From: a bacterium
GTDB lineage: Bacteria > SAR324 > NAC60-12
Direction of reading: 5' to 3'
Length of the DNA: 64,000 nt
Assembly: GCA_965209155.1 (NCBI GenBank)
Contig: OZ242383.1
Span: 1,632,001-1,696,000, forward strand
A program made the translations under genes and the position numbers. Shown in pieces: positions 58,146-64,000 of this stretch (position 1 is its first letter; every line of letters starts with the position of its first letter). The notes below the pieces were generated by a model that worked only from the letters and a program-made list of their open reading frames with translations, was not told the origin of the DNA and did no database searches.

Positions 58146-58174
58146 CAAATGAGTAAGCTATAAAGTTTTTTTAT

Positions 58175-60874
58175 TTACAGAGAAATTCCTCGCATTCCCC
58201 GGCTGACTTGATAGATGTGGTTAAGGCGGGCATTGTTTTTGGGCATGTATTTCCTTGAGAGGACCGCTTTCAACATACCGAGTAGTTGCTTGCTTCCTTG
58301 CTGGGGGTCTTGAGGTAATATCATATCGAAATCATCCTGAAATGGATTGTGGCGGTTACCTGACCATGTAACTTGCACTACGGCTATCATAGGATGTGAA
58401 GTTATTGGAAGATTTTTCAGGAAAGTAAACACAACTTGAGCACCACTTCCTCCAATGCCAGTCAAGCTCTCTTCCAGAGTAGCCGCTGCAGAAGCCATCA
58501 CATGGAATCCGGATACTTGCGCCTGTTGGCCGTAGGCCAGTGTGGGTTGCGGGAGATCCGCTAAAATTTCCTGACTGACTCGATTCAACAATACTGAAGA
58601 ATTTTCCGGAACAATTACGGAAAGTCCACCATCCAGCAGTTTTTGACAAAATATCGTTAGTGTGCTCTGTAAAAAATCCGGTAGTGGACCTCGAGTGAGG
58701 AGACCCACTCGTAAACCTTTAGCGTCCACCGTTTCTATTCGACCTTCACAAAGAGCAGGATGAGACTGGCACCAGGATATGGCTTTTTCCAGAACATTTT
58801 CGATTCCACCATCAAGTTGGATACTGAACCAGCCTACCTGTTCCGCATCTCCTCCTCGTTTTTCTAATTCCCGACGCATATAGGCGTTATGCGTTTTTTC
58901 ACAGCCATGTTCTAACGAGACGGCGAGGGCGACATTGGGATGCAATAGATGGCTCAAGTTTGTACGAACCAGGGCATCAATGTTGTTTCCCCCGGAAGAC
59001 CCACATCCTTCTGTATGAGGCAGGGCCACAAATCGTGAAATTTGCTGATTTTGATCAATTGCTTGCTGGTTGAGACGATCTGCCAGTATCTTGGCGATTT
59101 CGCTTGCGCACAAACTTGTGGGTAAGATCACTCCCACCCGGTCCGCTTGATGACCCTTGTTGCTGCGAATCGCCTCGTATTGAATAGGGGTATTACACTT
59201 CTGGTAACGCAGTGGCAGAGGAATTCCCGGCAACAGATCTTCTGTTTGCAGAGAGGAGAGATCCAATGTTTCGTCAAGGTACCAATTGCGCCAGAGATTG
59301 ACTTGAGAGTGACCGGCCTTTTCTCCTGCTGATTTTTCTCCTGACAAGACCCTCAAGGTCAACTCCAAGGCCTCCTTTCCCAGTGAATCGAGAGATTCTC
59401 CTTCCAAGTATCGTCCCGCGTTTATATCAATGTCTCCATGGAGTAAGTCAAATCGTTCCGTGGTTGTCATGATTTTCAAAGTCGGTACAAAGGGGAAATT
59501 AGTGATCGCTCCGTTGCCAGTGATAAAATATATCAGGTTTGCGCCGCTGGCCACTTGACCGGCAATGCTCTCGGGATCGTTTCCCGGGCTGTCCATAAAG
59601 TAGAATCCTGGTTCTTTCATGGGTTCAGCATATTCGATCACGTGGTCCAAGCGTACATCCGGATGCCTTTTTCGTGCAGCACCTATTGACTTAATGGCAA
59701 TATTATACAATCCTCTGTATACGTTACCACCGGACGGGTTCCCTTCTGCCGAATGCCCGTGCCGGTTCGTCCAATTCTTGAATCGCTCGGAAACAGAAAG
59801 AAATTTCCTCGCGACCTCCAGACTTCTCACGTTTTTCAAGACATATCCTTCTGATCCAATCAATTCATCGGTCTCAGCCAGGTTCGCAACACCACCATAT
59901 CGGATGATTTCTCTTCCTATCCACGACGCCAAAGGATTGCCTGATACCCCAGAAAAGGCGTCGGACCCTCCGCACTGTAGAGCCATTTTTACTTTGCTGA
60001 GTGGTTGTGGGCTACGTTTGAACCGATTGACTCGGGGCAACCATTGTTCAATCAATTCTTTGGCGCGAGTTAGTGCATCCTCATAAGATGTATCAATTCT
60101 GAAAAATTGATGGAGGACTTCGTCTAAAGGATAATGAAATTCTATTAAATAATCTTTCAAAGCCTGATTATTGATCACTTCATCCCCGAAATCGACACTC
60201 AATACCGCTCCCACATTTGAATGGATAAAAAAACCACTGAGCGTACGAAGTATGAGTGTCTTATTGTTGGGAGATTCTTCAGTCGCACCTTCCGTATGAG
60301 CAATGGGAACCACTCCATCCACGTTGGGATAAAAAGTGAATGGTCGCGTAGCTGAATTTTTATTGAAAGACGTGGTGAGATTGTTGACAAATCCTGCCGT
60401 CCGTGCACTGGTACCCAAAACAATAATATAATTACGCGTTCCCACTCCACGAATTCCTCGATCAAACCCTGCAAAAAACTTTTGCTCTTCGGAGAACAAC
60501 ACTTGTTTTCCTAATTTCAAGTCTTTATTCAAATCGACGGGACGGATGTAATTTTCGAAATTAGGGGATGACGGGAACTGCGAGGCCATGGATCGTTTTG
60601 CAAATTCCTCGAGCACCATGGCGTTGCACAAATAATCTCCTGGATGAATGGTGGTGAGTGCCTTGCCAAAGGGTTGTCCCCAGGAATAAAGGAATTCACC
60701 CTCCAGGATAGTTTTTACGGCAAAACGGTGCGCTAGAGGAATAGAGTTAGAAATTAAAATCTCTTTATCGTGATACCTGACGATTGTGCCTGCCTGGATT
60801 GCCCTCACCGCAATGGCAGAATTGTCATCGATATCAGGCAGTCTTGCTACATTTTCGAAAGTTTCTCTAATCAT
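58175..60874 (-). CDS. UxaA/GarD-family dehydratase with SAF domain and an internally duplicated module
   Basis: SAF (HRFAV..I..GE....WGQPFG), GTRNY, QCGGSDAFSG, GNPSGGN, MDSPGND; second module PTSLC, HTEGCG, HGCEK. Confidence 0.88.
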   Translation of the reverse strand: MIRETFENVARLPDIDDNSAIAVRAIQAGTIVRYHDKEILISNSIPLAHRFAVKTILEGEFLYSWGQPFGKALTTIHPGDYLCNAMVLEEFAKRSMASQFPSSPNFENYIRPVDLNKDLKLGKQVLFSEEQKFFAGFDRGIRGVGTRNYIIVLGTSARTAGFVNNLTTSFNKNSATRPFTFYPNVDGVVPIAHTEGATEESPNNKTLILRTLSGFFIHSNVGAVLSVDFGDEVINNQALKDYLIEFHYPLDEVLHQFFRIDTSYEDALTRAKELIEQWLPRVNRFKRSPQPLSKVKMALQCGGSDAFSGVSGNPLASWIGREIIRYGGVANLAETDELIGSEGYVLKNVRSLEVARKFLSVSERFKNWTNRHGHSAEGNPSGGNVYRGLYNIAIKSIGAARKRHPDVRLDHVIEYAEPMKEPGFYFMDSPGNDPESIAGQVASGANLIYFITGNGAITNFPFVPTLKIMTTTERFDLLHGDIDINAGRYLEGESLDSLGKEALELTLRVLSGEKSAGEKAGHSQVNLWRNWYLDETLDLSSLQTEDLLPGIPLPLRYQKCNTPIQYEAIRSNKGHQADRVGVILPTSLCASEIAKILADRLNQQAIDQNQQISRFVALPHTEGCGSSGGNNIDALVRTNLSHLLHPNVALAVSLEHGCEKTHNAYMRRELEKRGGDAEQVGWFSIQLDGGIENVLEKAISWCQSHPALCEGRIETVDAKGLRVGLLTRGPLPDFLQSTLTIFCQKLLDGGLSVIVPENSSVLLNRVSQEILADLPQPTLAYGQQAQVSGFHVMASAAATLEESLTGIGGSGAQVVFTFLKNLPITSHPMIAVVQVTWSGNRHNPFQDDFDMILPQDPQQGSKQLLGMLKAVLSRKYMPKNNARLNHIYQVSRGMRGISL

Positions 60875-61146
60875 TTCAATGGTTTGAAAATAGAATATTT
60901 AATGAAAAGAATCATGGTTGAGCACAGACGATATATTGAATTTTCTTAAAACCCCGAAAAAGATGTGAGAAAAGTAAATTCTCAGCGCACTTGTTTTTAA
61001 TGAATAGACCTTTATTGCGTTTTCTTGATGAATCAAGGGAAATAGTAAATATAGAAACCGATCACAACTGCCAGGAATATGAGAAGCAGTAATTTGAAAA
61101 TCACATGCCGTGCCACGCGATCTTTCATAAATCCTCAATTTATTTT

Positions 61147-62301
61147 TCACGCAAAAGCATTGATCCCGGTAATGTGTTTTCCAAGTACCAGGGTGTGGAT
61201 ATTGTCGGTCCCTTCATAAGTGAAGGTGGATTCCAGGTTCATCATATGCCGGATAACCGGATACTCCAAGCTGATGCCATTGGCGCCTAGCAGGTTGCGA
61301 GCCATTCTGGCAATATTCAATGCTTCTTTGCAGGCGTTCATTTTGGCAAGGGAGGTCATTATGAAAGAGTCCTTTCCCTCGTCCTTGAGTTGTCCCAGTC
61401 GCAAATTGACCAACTGCGCTTTGACGATTTCGGTAAACATGGCTGCCAGGTCTTTCTGGATCAACTGGAAGGATGCCAGGGGCTTGCCAAATTGATTTCT
61501 TTCCGTTGTATAGCTCAAAACCGTTTCATAGCAGTCAATGGCAGCCCCCACTGCCCCCCAAGCCACTCCATATCTGGCATGGTTGAGACAACTGAGGGGA
61601 GCTTTCAATCCCCGAGCATGGGGCAATTGGTTCGCATCGGGAACAAAGCAATCTTCCATTACCAGCTCACCGGTTGCAGATGCACGTAGAGACATTTTCT
61701 TTTTAATTTCAAACCGCTTGAATCCCTTGAATTCTTTTTCGAGAAGGAATCCGCGAATTCCTTCATCGGTTTTTGCCCAAACCAATGCCAGGTCGGCAAA
61801 GGAAGCATTGGTGATCCACATTTTAGACCCATTGACTATCCATCCGCCAACCGTTTTTTTGGCAAAGGTTCGCATACTACCAGGATCCGAGCCCGAATCC
61901 GGTTCGGTCAGTCCCATACATGCCACCCATTCTCCACTTGCCAGTTTCGGGAGAAATTTTATTTTTTGCTCTTCGCTACCGTATGTGAAAATGGGAAACA
62001 TACACAAAGAACTCTGTACGGAAACAAAACTGCGCAATCCCGAATCTCCCCGTTCCAGTTCCTGGTTCACGATCCCATAACTCACATAGCTACTCCCGCT
62101 GCCTCCATATTTTTCAGGAAGGGTCATACCCAATAAACCCAATTTTCCGATCTCAGGAATCAAATTTACCGGGAAATATCCTGCTTCATAAGCCTCTGTG
62201 ACGAGCGGTTTGAATTCCTTGTCGACAAACGCCCGGGTGGTCTCCCGCATCATCTTTGCGTCCTCAGACAACCAGTCATCCAATCGAAATAAATCTTCCA
62301 T
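61147..62301 (-). CDS. gcdH: Acyl-CoA dehydrogenase, glutaryl-CoA dehydrogenase-like
   Basis: ELERGDSGLRSFVSVQSSL, GLTEPDSGSDPGSM, GSKMWITN, LGANGI, TYEGT. Confidence 0.85.
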   Translation of the reverse strand: MEDLFRLDDWLSEDAKMMRETTRAFVDKEFKPLVTEAYEAGYFPVNLIPEIGKLGLLGMTLPEKYGGSGSSYVSYGIVNQELERGDSGLRSFVSVQSSLCMFPIFTYGSEEQKIKFLPKLASGEWVACMGLTEPDSGSDPGSMRTFAKKTVGGWIVNGSKMWITNASFADLALVWAKTDEGIRGFLLEKEFKGFKRFEIKKKMSLRASATGELVMEDCFVPDANQLPHARGLKAPLSCLNHARYGVAWGAVGAAIDCYETVLSYTTERNQFGKPLASFQLIQKDLAAMFTEIVKAQLVNLRLGQLKDEGKDSFIMTSLAKMNACKEALNIARMARNLLGANGISLEYPVIRHMMNLESTFTYEGTDNIHTLVLGKHITGINAFA

Positions 62302-62565
62302 TTTTTTCTTTCATTCTGTAGCGTGGAATTTCATTCAGCAAATTTTTAAGTTCGGGATTCGGGGAAAACAGGTAATTCCAATTGATTTCCATGAAAGAAT
62401 GGGGTAGTTCCATGGTTCATTCTTGGTGAATAGGGTGAGGGTGCTGTGTCATTTAGAAAAATATACATCTCTCCATTGCTTTCCGCAAGGCAATAGAAAC
62501 AATCAAAACTATGTCAAGGGACTGTCTTTGGAATCCTGGAATCAACTGTTCAAGAAGGAGGAGCA

Positions 62566-63000
62566 ATGCGCATAAGAGAACATATCCTCTATGACCGGAT
62601 TGTGAAAAACGTAAGATTGCACGGAAACAAGCCGGCCTTCACTATTGGAATTCAGACCTACTGTAATTGAGAGGCTTTACGAAGAAACTCGAACTGAATT
62701 TTGGGTAGGATTTGGTCAAACCGAAACAAGCAGCTTTCAGAAGTGGAGATGGTTTTATCGAAACACCTTGCAATCGAACGATGCGCTGTGATAGGAATTT
62801 CCGACAAGAAATGGGGAATTGCCGTAAAAGCAGTTTGCCAATTGAAAGCAGGAGAGACCCTCACTCTGGAGGAAGTGTCAGGGTTTATCGGGTGTCGAAT
62901 TGCCGGTTACAAAAAACCACGATATGCAGTGTTCGTGGAATACCTACCCGAAAAAGAGGGTAAAGTGGACCGGGATAAAGTCAAAGAATTATACGGATAA
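62566..63000 (+). pseudogene. Internally deleted AMP-dependent acyl-CoA ligase
   Basis: AAGGAGGAG RBS plus MRIREHILYDRIVKN...; then FWVGFGQTET; then EVEMVLSKH..CAVIG..KWG..IAGYKKPR..GKVDR. Confidence 0.8.
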
Positions 63001-63036
63001 AACAGGAACAATTTCCCTATAAATAAAGGAAACCCA

Positions 63037-64000
63037 ATGTCTGCGAAATCGAAAGAAAATTCATCTGCGCCACCTGCTCAAAAAAGAGAAATCTTTGGTT
63101 GGGCAATGTATGATTTTGCCAACTCGAGTTACACGACGGTTGTCATCACAGTCATATATTCCGTCTTTTTTGTGGAACATATAGTCCCCGCGTCTTCACA
63201 GGCTCGTGATACGTTCTGGTCGCTTGCCATCATACTGTCCACAATTATCGCTCTCTTTTTATCTCCTTTCGTGGGGGTTTTGTGCGATTTCAGCGGATAC
63301 AAGAAACGCTATCTGCTGACGACGACAATCCTTTGTTCTCTGGCAACCATGTCTCTTTTCTGGGTAGGACCCGGCATGATTGCTTTGGGAATCATCCTGT
63401 TGGTGATCAGCAATATTGCCTTCATGCTCAGTGAAAACTTTTGCGCCAGTTTTCTACCGGACCTGGCCGACAAAAAAAATATGGGAATGATTTCAGGGAT
63501 TGGCTGGGGGATCGGATATATGGGTGGATTAGCCAGTCTGATTCTGGTGTTGCAAATCGTTCAGGATGTCGACCCCGCTAATGACTTTGCGGGATATGTT
63601 GCCAGAAATCAATGGTCGATGGTAGCCATTGGGATCTTTTTTTTCATTGCAGCCCTACCCACGTTTTTACTGGTGCGTGAACGATCCAGACCCGCTGTGG
63701 GGTTCGAAATTTTCGATGGAAAAAAATTACTCCTTGCCGGAATAAAGAGCTTTCAGTCTTCTCTGAACCTGGTACGTCAGAATCCGATCCTCTTTCGATT
63801 TTTACTCTCGTTCATGGTCTACATGGCCGGTATTGAAGTGGTTATAAAATTTGTGGGTATTTATGCCACTGCGGAATTGAAGTTCAAAACGGCTGAATTA
63901 ACCGTGATGTTTCTGATTTTACAGTTCAGCGCTATGGGAGGGGCATTGGGATTTGGTTGGCTGGAATCAAGAATCGGTGCCAAAAAAACGGTACTTTGGA
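63037..64000 (+). CDS. MFS transporter (UMF1/ATG22-like), runs off the window edge
   Basis: Manual translation MSAKSKENSS...IFGWAMYDFANSSYTTVVIT...ISGIGWGIGYMGG. Confidence 0.88.
   Translation, partial: MSAKSKENSSAPPAQKREIFGWAMYDFANSSYTTVVITVIYSVFFVEHIVPASSQARDTFWSLAIILSTIIALFLSPFVGVLCDFSGYKKRYLLTTTILCSLATMSLFWVGPGMIALGIILLVISNIAFMLSENFCASFLPDLADKKNMGMISGIGWGIGYMGGLASLILVLQIVQDVDPANDFAGYVARNQWSMVAIGIFFFIAALPTFLLVRERSRPAVGFEIFDGKKLLLAGIKSFQSSLNLVRQNPILFRFLLSFMVYMAGIEVVIKFVGIYATAELKFKTAELTVMFLILQFSAMGGALGFGWLESRIGAKKTVLW

Overview
Bacterial chromosomal window, probably from a deltaproteobacteria-like diderm; a SAR324-type lineage is my inference from gene content, not a verified assignment. 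Core genes include leuA with a Leu attenuator, a single-chain acetyl-CoA carboxylase, nusB, a receiver-LpxC fusion, miaA, ppx-like, ccmB, cysD/cysNC and a glutaryl-CoA dehydrogenase. They are interleaved with two accessory catabolic islands (about 1.5-22.7 kb and 37.3-50.2 kb). Each island is built on an ATPase-less Opp/Dpp-type ABC importer followed by compositionally mixed catabolic genes. Mobile and repeated DNA is abundant: an intact IS256-family element with a 9-bp target duplication, a damaged ISAzo13-family element, a family of non-autonomous elements with GTAACTATTCAGG termini sitting at island borders, several REP-like palindrome families, and a Uma2 endonuclease module present as two full copies plus one 3' tail. 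The most unusual observations are: (1) a ~2080-aa sigma54 activator whose N-terminus is an integrase arm-type DNA-binding domain, preceded by duplicated arm-site-like repeats; (2) a phospho-receiver fused to an apparently active LpxC; (3) the Uma2 promoter-gene-tail module and its association with MITE ends; (4) a polyprenyl synthase homologue lacking both DDxxD motifs; (5) a tandem UxaA-family protein whose two halves have lost complementary motifs. No rRNA, tRNA or CRISPR array was recognised. All family calls come from motif recognition by eye; no database search was run.
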